Source of the DNA: Phoronis australis
Lineage: Eukaryota > Animalia > Phoronida
Reading direction: 5' to 3'
NCBI GenBank assembly: GCA_002633005.1
Contig: NMRA01000326.1
Span: 86,675 to 150,674, forward strand
Length of the DNA stretch: 64,000 nucleotides
This document shows, piece after piece, positions 1 to 15,100 of this stretch. Positions within the stretch are counted from its first letter, which is position 1. The number at the start of each line of letters is the position of its first letter. The notes under the pieces are model-generated. The model had not been told where the DNA came from. It saw nothing but the letters and a program-made list of their open reading frames with translations, and ran no database searches. The position numbers and the translations under genes were made by a program.

Positions 1-10
1 GAGACCCTAC

Positions 11-117
11 CGTAAAGATATTTGCTCGTATAGTTCCATAAGATTTTCGTCACATCTGGTTGGCTCACGCTGGAACCAGTGCTTGAGATAAGTGTCGTCA
101 AAATACGCGCACCATTC
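11..117 (-). CDS. SLC9A: NHE exon 17 (107 bp)
   Basis: ttcccttcag|EWCAYFDDTYLKHWFQREPTRCDENLMELYEQISL(R)|gtaggg. Confidence 0.92.
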
Positions 118-3100
118 CTGAAGGGAAAATTTTGGATTAAATAGAGAAGTCTTCTGCAAAACTGAGAACAGTGTATTTGACGTTTAGTTGTCATAATAAT
201 TTTGCTTAGATTGGAAAAACACTGAGATAAAAACAAAAAAATAACTAGAAACTGAGGCATCTATTTTCTCAAAGAAGTATATATTTTCTGAAAGCAGAAA
301 GCCCGCAAAATTTGATTTATGTCTGGATGCCAATCTACCGTTGGTTAGATCATGTAACAACGTTTTTAGTAAAATTTTAGCAAGAAAGGTACAATCATAG
401 GAAAACAATGGTATCAATAGGATGACCAAAGTTACTTTGACATATAATATTCAAGTTACAATTTGTCTTCGTTTCGTGCAACTTTTTATTTTTTCCATAA
501 AAATAATAAATCGCATGTTTTAATAGCCACTCATGCAAAAGAGGATCAGTTATGGAGAACAGTGCACAAAGCATAGTATCTGAAAGTTTCACATGAATTC
601 AATGAATTTCCGAGATACAATGTTCCAAACTTTGCCAAACCTAGAAGACCCTCAGCAGACTGCACATAATAAGTTAAAGGGCTTAAAACCGCCAATTTTA
701 TGCTGACAATGTTGCCACTCATGAAAACAGGAAAATGCTGATTTTAAACAGTCTTATATCATGTTTAACAGTAAGTTACCAAATCAACTGCACACAATAA
801 CTTAACAGTCTTACCCGTATCATGTTGTTGCCAAACTTGCCAAGAATCTCCTCCACTCCGGCCATCACGTGATCTGTGACACGATCATTAATTGCTTCAA
901 ACATCATCTGCTTTTCTTCGTTAGCACGCCGAATGGACAGTAGCTTTACAAAGGGTTTTATTGACATGCCCTGAAAAAACAATGATAGATTCTAGAACAT
1001 TAGCATCAGGTTTTATTGTTTCAACTGATTAACAGATTCAACTTCATTCAAAGAAGACGAAAGCAACAAAAACTCTTTGAACAACCCAGGCCATTGACAG
1101 AACTGACCGAATGACTCCCCAGACCAATCTTAACATTTTAAGTTATTTACCAACTAAAATTAGTACAAAATAAACTCAAACTTGTTATTCTAAGCATTCT
1201 AAGCACAAACTTCATAAATAACCCCCATTCCCATGTGAGGTAAAGACACAGGAACTTGTTTACTACTAATTAATTAAATTAAAAGCAAGTCACCTGTATA
1301 AAGACGGTAAATATAATGACAGCCAACACAGTTGTTTGGAACATGTTCTTGAATGGTATCTCCTTCTTATTCAACATGGTGACCAGAGAGAAACAGACGG
1401 CACCCCGCAGTCCACCATAAGACTAGAATGAAATGAACAATTCGTAAGGTAAATGAGATGATACCAAACAGTCCACAATAGGACTAAAATAAAGTGAATA
1501 ACTTCTAAGGTAAATAAGCAATAGCTTCCCCACAGTCCACCATAGGACTAGAATGAAATGAACAATTTGTAAAGTAGATGATAGGTGACAACAAACAATA
1601 TCTGAGTCAGGCAACAGTCACATGCGGGAGTCCCGCATTTTGGCAACCAATGTAACGCCGTTATTCAGTGGAGAAAACTGGTTCTCAAAATGTAGGATCG
1701 TGACAATGCACTGAGCCAAATAGGGCAGCATTACTCAAATTCCACTTTTTCCCACAAGGCAATGTGCACCTGACAAAAATGTATGTATTCACAAGCTAAA
1801 ATGTCAAACACGCAAACTCCAGCTCTTGTGATGAGAAGCATAATTTATTTCCATCTACGCAACATATTGGAGTTTCAAGTTGATAAAACTAAAACCTTAC
1901 AGTAATGGATATAATAGCAGGACCACGTGTAATCATGCTAAAATCTAAAAATCTTACAAAAAGCAAACTCAAGATTTAACAAGAGACTTTTATCTGAAAA
2001 AGACAGATGGAAATATACAACTTTAAAGAACACACTCAATGGATTATCCAAAAATTTCATTAATTTTGTAATGATACATATAGAGTAGTTGCACTCACCA
2101 TAATAAACTGTTCCTTAGCTGAAATCTGCCTCAGTCGACTTTGCACATTGTTGATGATGAAAGTGAGGCTGAACACAACTGAAACACACAACAATTTTGA
2201 GGGGTCATTAAAATCAATGAAGTTATGACCTAGATGAGGCAGAATTGAAACAATGCAATGATAGCCTGCCAGCAAAAACGCAAAAAAGAGCAATGCAAAA
2301 TGTTGAACTGCAGCCACAACTGCATTGTGAGCAGCATGCTTAAAGGGGTGTTCATTAACATCATAAAAATGGCCACTAGATGGAGCAAGTACATTGAACT
2401 TGTCCAAAAATGGATAAGTGCCATGATCGCCTTCCTAAAACAAATTAAATAACTGCATATTAATTTCAAGAAAATCCATCAAGGAACTCCCAAGATGCAG
2501 ATGCAAACGCAAACTAAATAAAATTGCCAATAGGAAGCATGGTTCCTCCTGAAAGAAGTCATTGTCTTCAGTCACGTTCACAGGAAAACATTTGACAAAT
2601 TTCAGAAACATGCTGCAAGGGATTAGGAAATTAAGCCATGGGTGTGTAAAAACAAATTCCCACCTGAGGGCACCACAGTACTTGGATTCATTCGAAAATC
2701 TACATTAGTCATGGTCTTCCGCAAATTTTCATATCCATCCTTCAAGTTGTTTGACAGATTCAGAGCTGGACTCCAAAGGCAGACACCCATTCAAGTATTA
2801 AAAATAGGCACCAGGAGGCACAGAGTATGTCCTTTGCTGAACTGCAAACCATTTACTAAATTTACAAAATCTGCAATAAGGAAGTTTGAAAGTACACGTA
2901 AAAATAAATTTGTCACTTGGGGGCACAATAATAGAAAAACATTAATTTGGCCAAATTTCATAAAGACTATGCCAGGGTTCAAGAGATACAGCTAGGGCTT
3001 GCTTAAGTTGTTGGATCTGCCCGAAAATTGACATCAGCAGGGGTCTTCTCAGCAGGGACACAAATGATGATTTTTAATGCTCCTTTGAATGTTTGGCAGA

Positions 3101-6100
3101 CAAAGAGGCAGATGCCAAACAGACAAGCATATTACAAAAATGACCACCAAAAGCACACAATAAGGCAAAACTGTCTCCTCAACACAACCTTGTCGAATTT
3201 CATGAAAATCCAACAAGGGACTCCGAAGATACAGTGGCAAATGTGAAATACTAATTTGAAACAAGAAGACACAGAGGTACTCTGATACGTGCAAAAGTCA
3301 TTGCCATTTGTCGTCATCTCCATAAAAACACATTTGCCAACTTTCATGATGATCCTGAAACAGTCTAGGAGATACAGAGATGACAGCAATGTGCAACCAC
3401 ACATGTGTATGTGGGACATAATAAAATGCAAGGCTAAATTAGGATTTAAGGTTATGTAGGACAAATACTGGCTCATTTAAGGTTACGTAGGACAAATACT
3501 GGCTCATTTAAGGTTATGTAGGACAAATACTGGCTCATTTAAGGTTATGTAGGACCTCAACGACAAGTCTGTACATTTAACAAAATATCTTGAAAGGTAT
3601 ACAGTATACATTTTCCGAAAATAGAAAAGATGCGAAATTTGATTTTTGACTTTTTAGCTGTTATTAATTGGGTCCCGTGACCATGTCTTTTTAGTAAAAG
3701 TCAGCAAAAAAGAAACTTAAGGTACAATGATAGCAAAACAATGGTATCAATAACACAATGAAATTTTATATGATATAAATGATTAAGGTGAGATATCAAA
3801 AACGCTATCACAGTTTTCCAAAATATTATTTCGTTGTCGTTTTATCAACTTGAAAGTTTTTTTTAATGAAAATCAAAAAAGTTCTAATTTTATGATAGCT
3901 CCTCATGCAAAGTGGAAGAACAAAGTCCAAACAGCATTTTTGAAAATAGTGCATAAAGCAAAATGATTGTATCTGAAAGTAATATTATGAATCCAATCAG
4001 TCGTCTGAGATGGGATTTATGAAGTTTGCCAACTTTGGTTAGGGTCCTACATAATCTTAATGACAACTTATTTCAGTGTAACATACCCAAAAATCGAATG
4101 ACGAGACATAAAAACAGTGTCCAGAAGACAAAGCCTGAATGCCACTCATGGTCTTGGCGTACTAAGGCAAACCCCAGAAAGAGAAAGATGATGCTATCAC
4201 AGGTGGCGCTGCAAGATAAATGAAATAGAATTACCAGCAGACAACTACATCTAACCATTACCCAACTGAGTGATAAAGAAAGCAGATTCCAGCTGGACAC
4301 ACAAGAGGGAGCACAAAACAACACAAAATAACACATAAGGAGAATTGAAACAAGTTTACATTTTGGGATCACAATATATTCACGATACTTGTGCAACACT
4401 GACTCAACAAATTTGGAATTCCTGCCACTTTATTGTTGCAATTTCAACTTTCTCCCAACAGTCATGATTACAGATGTGACTATTAGTCAGTACAATCTGA
4501 TCTGTTATTTATGTAATTTTATTCGCAAACAAAGTGAAAATGAGGATACTATGCTAGAAAGTGTTCACAATGATCGAGTCATTAGACAAGGTCCTCAGCA
4601 CTAAACATGACAACTATTGTATTCAGTTAGGCACATCCAATCTTTTATTTCATCTCTTCCCACCAGAAAACAAAACCGAGAGAATGATCACACAAGACGA
4701 TGGAGGATCCTAGACCTAGGCTGTAGCTATAGACTATTCTGACAACTAACAATGAATACAGTCATGAAGATTCCTTAGTCAACTTTAGCCAAGTGCTCTT
4801 AAGTGTCTAGTAGAGTGCTTGTCTTTTTATTTTTCATTTTGTTTTTCATTCATTCATTCAAATGATATAGAGTACGCAATACAACCAACATTTTTGTTGT
4901 TACCATACTTTTCCTTATAAAAATTGGTATTTATCAATTTCATTGAATCTTCTGAGACCAGCGTTTTTCACACACCTAACACTTATCACTCATTTCAGAA
5001 CTACAATTATGTCAAAGAAACATGTCTATTACAAATTTACTATATCTTGGGTTCTAATGGAAAACTTTTATTAGCAGTTTTACACTTTCCAATGTCCCAC
5101 TTTTTGATCCCCTCTGAACGAACTTACCTCATCATTTTAGTGAAGTACTTGACAGTGGTCAGTGATTTGTTGGACAGGTTGTGAAAGGCATACTGAGCCT
5201 GCACTAAACCACAGAATATTATGCTGTAAAGTGAAGGACAGTTAATGCGCTACTTCAAATAAAGATGGCAGTGTGGACTGCGACATATCATACAACTGTT
5301 CTACATCACACAGTACCTTGGGCAAAAGAAATGCTGGTAAGGAAATTCTGGTAATTTTTCAAACTCAATGGTCAGCATGCTACAATGAGATTTAAATATA
5401 ACATACTGATTGATTGATTGCTTCAATTTGTTTTGTCAACAGAGAATAACAAATGTATATTAAGCAAAGTAAAAGAAATAGAATACAACATCATAATGTC
5501 CAAAAACTATGCTAACGAGGATAACACAGGAAAGTTTAAAAATCTAAAGACATCATTTGTACGAGTGGGAGCCCAAGGATAAGTGTGCTTTAAAAAGTGA
5601 GAACCATGAGAAAGACTAATTGATATCTTTTTGTTGGTAGTGGACCTTAGCAATGCATTTTGTATCTTCAAGTCAAGAACAGCCAACAACCTGCAAGTGA
5701 CTCACTCACCTTATAATCCCAGAGAAATGAAACATCTCCGCCACAAGATACGACAGATAGGCCAGTGAAAACACAGCGAGGGGTTCAACAACTGAAACGT
5801 TAGAAGCAATTATAATAAGACTTACTTGGGTATGTCATAAAGACACTGTTCCAGTGATCACAGAAATGTTTTATTATGTAGGATCCAAAATGACAAAACA
5901 GTAATTCAGTATATGGCACATGTCTTCCCCGGGTTGAAGATATTGGAGTCTGTGTGTTTGCCAAAAACCTGTGTTGAATGAGCAGCTCACAGGAGTGCAC
6001 CACATGCTGGCTCTGTTTTCAAAGTATGTGTATATTTCCGCAGTATTTGCTTACCATCTGTGTGGGTCACGTCCCTTTGTCACATATTCATGTAACCCTG

Positions 6101-9100
6101 GTCATTTTATTTATTCCTGATCACGAGACAAGAAGTCGCAATGCTGTCATTTTAATTACTAGTTTTCTTATGTCTCTTGGCCATCTAAATTTGTGCTGCA
6201 ACGGATCGTTGAATATACAGTCACGGAGCTTGAGAGAATATCATTGAAACTTGCTGTGTGTCAAACGAAATTTGTTTAGAGGAGGAGCTAATGCCAAATT
6301 ATTCCAACTAAACACAGAGAAATTTTCACATTCAGTACACTCGTTTGTAAAACATAGGAGACGTTGTTATGTGTGAGCAGGCCATGGGTTCATTTTGCTT
6401 GGTGATGGAATTCATCACATATAGTCAGCTTGAAGTATGTTACTGACTGGCAATCTTATTCAACCTTGGACGAAATGGTTACCCAAAGATAAGGCTTTTT
6501 AGCCTGGTATTCCATGTTGAAAAAGGTGGCCGACCCAACAAGCTTATTCAAGATTTTTGACAAGCCTGGTTTACCTTACTCATATGTCATCTAATCGAGC
6601 AATGGTTAGTAAAAGAGCAAGGAAGATGCAATACAATCAACAAAATACAAGATCCCTCAAGACATGGCAAGATGTTGATAGCCATGCATTACAAGTGAAG
6701 TCTATGGATTTTACTGCATTACTCATGAGAATCTTGCACCTAAAGAACTCAGGCTAGGGTACAAACCTCTGACATGCTTGGTTAACTTTGTAAAGAAAGA
6801 AGTGACAACTCCAAACAACAAGCCAATCGCTGTACCACATAGGCTGACTGACAAGAACTGTAGGAAACCAAGCGCAATCTGAAATCAAATATGATAGTAA
6901 CAGTGAACAGCAGACAATCTTTTATAGAAACATGTTGCTTTGTAAATTAAAGAGAATCACAGGAAATTATGTTCAGATAACATATTTCAAAACAATGTGT
7001 AGAGTAAAGAACTCCTTCAAAATAATGTAAAAACTGTTCTTACTTAAAACATAAAACCATAAAATCAATTGAAAAATGAATTAATTGAATGAGTATGGTG
7101 TTTTCTCTAATAGTTCGAACACTCTTACTGTTAGTTCGTAAGTTTGTACATGGCCCTTGAAACATGGCATTTGTCTCTAATAGTTCGCACAGTAGAAGTC
7201 CGAGGGAAAAAAGTTTGTACACATAATTCGTACATGCTTTTTGAATAGGTTACATGGAAATTTGTATTCTTATAAAAGAACACAAATCAATAAGGGCAAA
7301 TTCTATTTGGGTATCATATTCGCCCTAATGAGCGTCCAGACACTCACATAGAAAAACTCATTTTAGAGGGTGCATTAATGCAACCTAAGGCGGTTGAAAC
7401 CCGGTCCCAAGAATGGGAGAAATTGGAAGCTAGCAATCATCCGATTTACGCTGTGTCACGTATCTCTAACCTATGACAGACTTTCTACAAAATTGTGGTG
7501 CATTGCTATCAAACTTCATTAATAAATAAGATCGCTTTATAGAAAGCTTTGCTGAAATCCCAGGGCGAAAACTCCCTGATGCGTCACTGCCTCGCGATCG
7601 TCGATATAGCAAATCGAATAAGAAAATAATTTTGACTTAACAAATTACCTGAAATCCTGACTTAAGTTTTCCAAATAGCGTCCCTAAGATTTTTAACTTC
7701 CTTTGGAGTGGGGATTAACAGCAGGTCCAAATCGTGTAAAATTGTACCCCGTAACACGAGAAAAAACTCTAGACAAACAAACCCATGTTGTTGTCATGTG
7801 ACATTTGTTTTGAAGGTCGTCTGCGTGTGTGTGAGCGAGCGCGTGTCATCAGTGTTCATTTGCCAGAAATTAACATATTAAGCAGTACAGCACAACGTGT
7901 TTTACTATTAAAACGATTGAGGTTGTCTCGGTGAGGCCGAACATACTAACGTTATTAGTCTTGGCCATGTGACTAGATAGGTGACAGTCTGACAGTTAAT
8001 GTTTCGGGAAATTCGGGTGTAAATTTGCGGAGGTGTTCACTATCAGTGGATCATTTTATCAGATGATTGACTTTAAAAATATCAATTATGATTAATTAAA
8101 CAATTCCTCTTAAAAAACACAAAAGTTTTTACAATATTAGAACCTTTTGGAAAGTTGTTCCAATATTTATTTCTTGCTGATGGTATGCTACCCATTGTTT
8201 CATGAATAGATCTTTCCCGAAGACTAATGTCAGCCATGACAGGTATGTAGCAAGCGCTTCCTGGCCATGTGTTTTGTTAAAATACCAAATTTTTTATTCG
8301 TGAGCAATTGTCAGCTGGTTGGCACACTTCGATTCGCAGTCTTCATGTGTACTAAGAAATTTGGAATCCTGTTGAGATTAATAAAAAAATAACGCAAAAA
8401 CGTTTTTGTACATGAAAATTCAATCTTGATGACGAGTACACTGTGTCTGTTCTGAAAGACCAGACCACAGTAGTGGGACACGTACCTTGTGAGATCAGCA
8501 AGTTGAAGTGTGTAGTCACTGCTAAATACTGACACAGTGGCTGTCTTCACAATGATGTTTTCAGGACTGCTTGATCTTGTTGATCAATTGCACGTGTTAC
8601 TGTAGAATTTTAGGACTGTAGGTAACTCATTTTTGCATGCACTCGTTCAGCGGCTGCGTGCTTATTTCAGCGAAATCTGAATATGCATGGGAGGCGCTTA
8701 TTAGGGCAAATACGATAATCTGAATCGGTAGTTTGCTATGCTACGCTAGTATAGAGCTTGAAAAGTTGATTCTCAAATCACCATTTTTGGCAACAACAAA
8801 TGTGGGAATAAAGATTTTCCCATGTGTCGACAAATGGCAGTAAAAATGTCATAACAGCCGATTTCCCAACCATATATCAATAAAGCATAAAAATATTTCC
8901 AGGTGATCAGTGCAATGAGCCCACATGCGAGGCCTGCGCACGTCTGATACAACGTGTATCAGACCACCTGCAATTATTTTTTTTTGATTTCCCAACAAAG
9001 GCTCAGTTGCCCTCAGATAAGACCTTCACGAATAAATTAACAAATTTGCAGAGTAATAGTACCGCGCGGTCCTGCAGTCTTGTTATAACTGACTGTACTG

Positions 9101-12100
9101 CTCAGACGACCAGTGACCATGCAGAGCTCCACTTGGACTGCAACTATTCTCACGTAGCAACACAAGTGCAGAGTGCACGCGTGCAAGCTTCACTTGTTGC
9201 AGAGGTTACATCATAAATTAAACAGTCCCGTGACATGAATAGAACTGCGAGCGTATCAGCTGTCAAGTTCTGAGCCAGAGAGCAATTAATTCGTAGCTTG
9301 ATGATATAAATGTTTGAAAAACTAATTCAGGTGTTTTTTGTGTTTGGGAATGGTTATGTTCGAGACTCTGTGACCCAATGAATTGTCAACGCAAGATTTA
9401 GTGTGGTTGTCTTCACTTTCGAATGCTCGGCGGCACTCACTTGCCACTGCATGCCACACAACGCAATGAAGATAAGGATTGGAGGTAAGCGGACATGAGG
9501 CAGATGTCAATCAAAAGTTACTGCAAAGGCATTTACTCAACAACAAGTATTTGCCTGATACTTTATGCAATGACTTTGACTGGGGAATGAGTCTAGAGAA
9601 CCCATACAGTGGGGTTCCTAAGGAAAAAATACTGTGTACATTAGGTTGCCGAGAGAAATAGTTCGAACACTATCAGTCAGTTAAATAACTTGTAGACAAA
9701 GAGCCAATTATTCGGGTAATCAGCACCCACAGTTTGCTATACAATTAAATTAGTAATGAAGTCTAGTAATGCGTACATACAGACAGTACGCAAAAGTTCG
9801 GAGTTGGTTGTAATCAACCAGGACACAGTGGTCGACATAAAGAGCTGCAGATCACATTTGTGACCTGAAATTTGGTCATCTCGTATCAAGTCGCAACAAC
9901 GAACAAATTTACAAACTTTGTGCTGAAAAACATTTATTTTTCATGTAAGATGTCCTGATTAGCCCATTACAATAATATCCCCGACAATACCGCACTGCGG
10001 AACTGGTCAGTCCCGCTGTTTGCATGCAATCTCCCGGCAGACCAAGCCAGTTTAATTGACAATGAGCAAAAAACAAAAATTGACTTGCATTTTTATTACT
10101 TCAAGATCACACAAACATCCAGAGACGTATTGTCAACTTTTAAATTCCAAAATCAAGAGGCAGCAGATTAACCCATTGAGGCACACTGTCCCTTCGATTT
10201 CCACACATCCTCGGCAAACCAGCAATAATACATTTCCAGAAAAGTCGAAGTCGTGGGAATTTCATCAAAATAGGGAGAATTTGACACCTTTTTATGAGGT
10301 AAGAGACTTCTTCAAAATCCGAGAACTTCCAACTTAAATCAAATAGGGAGGGTTAGCAAAACCACCGCCACATTTCTCTGGCCTGATTTTTTTTAACACG
10401 TTTCTTCTAGTGCAGTGCAGTTGGAAACAAAGTGTGGCATACAGCATCGCTGAAAGCAACTCAGGTACTGAAGCCGAGATGGATCTTGAAGTTTGCGAAC
10501 ATGGGAAGAAAATAAAGTCACAAAGCGTTCACAGGCAAATATTATATTTTGAAGTAAATCCATCACCCGGGAAAATAATTCACATTGCCAAACCACCGTC
10601 TCGGAGGCTGTCGTTGCACTCATTGTTATCAGCAATCTTTATCTCTAATAATTTGAACACTTGACTTTCTGTTCTAATAGTTCGTACGACCAGTTTTGTC
10701 TCTATTAATCCGGACATGAAGCTCTCAAGTGAAAATAGTTCGTACACTAGTGTACACACTATTAGCGAAAACACCGAAATCTCAACTTATCCAACACAAT
10801 TTCATATTTCACATTTTTATGCAAACAGCTAAACCTTACCAGTCGGTAAAAGTCAGACTATGACTGTAAAAACTAACACATTATAATAACAAGGCAAACA
10901 CCTACTAAGCAAATACATGATTTTAAGGTGCAATATGACAAGGTGGGTGGCAATACACAAGTACAGTGGGTGGCAATACACAAGTAGGGTGGGTGGCAAT
11001 ACACAAGTAGGGTGGGTGGCAATACACAAGTAGGGTGGGTGGCAATACACAAGTACGGTGGGTGGCAATACACAAGTACCATGGATGTACATACCTGATC
11101 TCCACTAATCACAGACATTTTGTTGAAACTGATCATCATGTTATAAAGCACAACAGTAACAGCATCTGAAAGACGGACACTATTTTAAGTTAAATGCATT
11201 GTGACATTTCAGTTAACAGTCAGAGTCTACATAGCACACTGTGCTGGGAAACTACTTCACCAGACCCCACACTTCATGGAGTTGGATCTAACTTTAAACC
11301 ATGGAAGTCGCCAGGACTAGACATATCCTGTAATGCTGCAGGAGGCTGGGATACCATTATTCCATGTACTTACAGCAACCAACAAAGCCAGTCTTAGACT
11401 AGTTGTATCCCCAAGACTTGGACTGAAGCTAGAGTAGTCTTCATTCCTAAACCAGGGAAGAACTCGTACCATTTAGCTGAATCATTTAGTCCTATAACCT
11501 CAACTTCCTTCTCAAAGGACTGGCATGAACAAGGTAAACAGAACAAACTTCGGAACCAGTATGCTTATAGACCAGGTTTCTCTATGGAGACCTCTCTATG
11601 GAACCTCTCTATGGAACCTCTCTACGGAGACCTCTTTACGGAGACCACTCTACAGAGACCTCTCTACGGAGACCACTCATCTGGTTGGTAGAATGGAAAG
11701 GGTGGTTTTTAATAAACAATTTGCCCTCTGCGCCTTCACTGACCTTGTTGGAGCTTTCAGCAATATTAAGCATGATGCGATCCGAGTAGCACTAAACCAT
11801 TTTAAAGTGAACAGGTGTCTTACCAGGTGGATCATTAACATGCTCGGAAGTCAATCTGTGACTGCTTGTCAACATGGTTATGGATGGTCTACTTCGATAA
11901 TTATCGGCTGACATGGGTCCTAACTTGTATGTTCTAGCCTATGAAAATGATATTGTTCTCGGAGTGTATAGTATCTATCCTGACTCGTCGTTAGTGAGCT
12001 CAAAGAGCACTAAATACAGCAGCCACAAGGACTTAGTCAGTTGGCTTAGAAATTGTGGTAGCAAAACAAAGGTGAATAATACGTTCACCTGGGACCTTAA

Positions 12101-15100
12101 ATGGTCAGTGGAGCCTTTAACGCCAAATGGTAAACATCTTGATCTTGCAGACAATACCTAGGTATCATTTTACACCATCGTTTTTCCTGGACCCCGTATA
12201 TTACAGAAAAAATCTCGAAAGCAAAAACTGCACTAGTGAGATGCAGTTGTGCGGTGGGTAAAATTTGGGGAATATCTCCCAAGAATATGTTCTAGATTTA
12301 CACTGCTGTTATCCGACCTATAATGTCCTATGCTGCGTCAGTATTGGTAACGGGGTTAAAACAGATTACAATTATCAACAAACTTAATCAGCTGCAACGT
12401 CTAACTTGAATGTTTTTTCCAGGAATGCCTTCTGCAACCCTAGAAAGGCTAATCGGTCTACCACCACTGCAACGCTTCATCTCAGATATAATGGTCAGTG
12501 GCAGAAAACTCACATCCCTAATTCAGCAGCACACAAAAGCCACAGGAATGTGTGCAATAAGCTAATGGCCAAATCTGGGCAACTATGGAACATGCCTAGT
12601 GCTGTCCAGATCACAGATTTTTCAAAAAAACAATTTCTTTACAGAGATTTCTGATGGATGGCCTAACCCAGAACACAACAATGAGGTGATTTGTTATACG
12701 GATGGCTCTAAACTCAGGAAAATGGCCACGCAGGTGCTGGAATTTTTTTTCCAAGCCTTCCTGTGGCAGACGCAAAAAGCTGCGTATTGCTAGGCAATCT
12801 TGCCACGGTGTTCCAGGCCGAGATCACTGCAATTAATAGAGCTGCTCAACTGGCACGGCAGTACAATACGAAGCTGGGCAATCAACCAATTACCATCTTT
12901 TCAGATAGCCAAGCAGCAATAAAAGCCCTAAAGAAACCAAGGGTCAACTCTTGTTGCATTAATGCTTGCATCGGAGGTTAACAAGCTTGCAATTGGAAGA
13001 ACCGTCAATGTACACTAGGTCAGGGCCCATGTGGGAATTGACGGCAATGAGAATGCAGACAGCCTCACAAAGATGGGAACCAGCGTTCTGCAATGTATAC
13101 CCCAACCTGCTATCCCGGTATCCTATGGATGCTGCAGGATGAGCGTACACAGCTGAGTACATACCCAGTCAGCAGCCCAGTGGGCATCACTTAACTCCTG
13201 CAGAGAGACCAATGAGAATTTTCTCAACGTGATCAGACCAAAAGGTTCAAAAAACCTTCCGAGTCCTGATAGATTGGGCATAAGACATGTCATTCAAATT
13301 TTGTCAGGGCACTGTAACCTAACCCAACACAGACACATTACTGGGCATATGGAGAGCCTAGTATGTCCCGAGAGTGGTACTGATGTTGAAACTCCTAAAC
13401 ACCTGCCCAGGTTTTTATAGGCTAAGAAGCAACCTACTGGATTGCAGTTATATGCCTGCAACATATAGTGCATGGCAATAAATGGAAAAGTCTGTCCATT
13501 TTCTTAAAGGAGACAGGCAGACTTGAAAACTTCCTTCACGAAGAACCATAACGAAGTTCTTTTGTTTTCAGCTCAGGTGTTTGGTGCAATGGGCCCAACC
13601 ATGAGGCCTGCACACCTCTGATGCACCACAAATGACATCAGGCCACCTGCACTGTTTTTTTAAGTACGAGACAATATTACCTCTGACGCAACACTCATGC
13701 ATCTAGACCAGCCGGCCACGCGCTAACAGTTTAACCACATCATTCTGTAATGTTGACATTTCGTAATGTACAAGCACACTAGCCTCTTTAAGGCCTCAAC
13801 TGGCTGCAGAAAAAAAAGTTGCATTTCTAAAGTGAAACTTCTTGATAGGTAAGTGACCACAGAGTGTACACAGACTGCATGAGATGTGAAATAAAAGGAA
13901 TACAGGTCAATCAAAAGTAACTCACCGTTAAATAGAGATTCTCCAAATACAAGGAAATACAGAACATTATTTACATGAACCTCTTGAAAGATGGCCAACA
14001 CCTGAAAATAAAATAACAGACAAATACAGAAATATAGTTAGTAAGAAATGACAGTAAAGCACTGTGTGAACATACAAGACGTAGTGTACACAGTTGTTGA
14101 GAATCCTTGAGCAGGACAAGGCACAGTTTAACCAGTATACCAGACACATGGTTATAAACTTGTCTAACTCTGAAGGCACACATCATACTTGCTACTGATT
14201 GAACAAATCACTTAACATTACACAGACACCAAAGGGTCAACCAACTTCATTTTAATGTCCTAGTTGCATGCTATTTTATCAATTAGAACACTAAACATGT
14301 TATAAAGAAGTCATTGGTAAAGCACACTGACCTTAAAGAAGTCCACACATGAGAAATTCATAAATATCTGCACTCATCGCAATCTGGGCTTGGGGGTTTA
14401 ATCTTTTTTACATTCTACTTGAATTCTAACATAAAATAATTGTCTATAGTTCTGTGGTGATTTACACAATTGATTGTGTATTCCTGTTTTGCACTTGTTG
14501 ACCCCAGGATTAAAGTTACAAGTTAGAGTCTCAAATCGGAATTTCAAGTTCTTACATGAAACTTCAAGATTCTACTCGAATTTGTAGCTCGAATTTTGGG
14601 GTCAGCCTAGGACTATACTCAGTTTCTTGAACCAAAATTAGCTGGTCAGCTCAGACTAATGAACTACTATCTGAGTTTGAATTTNGGTGGATGGCAATAC
14701 ACAAGTATGGTGGATGGCAATACACAAGTATGGTGGATGGCAATACACAAGTATGGCGGGTGGCAATACACAAGTATGATGGATGTACATACCTGATCTC
14801 CGCTAATCACAGACATTTTGTTGAAACTGATCATCATGTTATAAAGCACAACAGTAACAGCATCTGAAAGAAGGACACTATTTTAAGTTAAATGCATTGT
14901 GACATTTCAGTTAACAGTCAGAGTCTACATAGCACACTGTGCTGGGAAACTACTTCACCAGACCCCACACCATGGAGTTAGATCTAACTTTAAACCATGG
15001 AAGTCGCCAGGACTAGACATGATATATCCTGTAATGGTGCAGGAGGCTGGGATACCATTATTCCATGTACTTAAGCAACCAACAAAGCCAGTCTTAGACT

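Larger units (their letters stand above)
7096..10776. mobile_element. Degenerate Tc1/mariner-pogo-like TIR element hosting nested insertions
   Basis: TA-tggtgttttctctaatagt ... actattagcgaaaacaccg; subterminal repeats taatagttcg(a/t)ac at both ends. Confidence 0.65.

Noticed and set aside
5822-5968. Exon-like segment with AG/GT ends on the minus strand
   Set aside because: Contains stops in the frame I read, has no NHE similarity, and exons 10 and 11 already join in phase.
10853-11092. Cys/His/Pro-rich ORFs (YCHPPYLCIATHP...)
   Set aside because: Translations of a 23-bp minisatellite in several frames.
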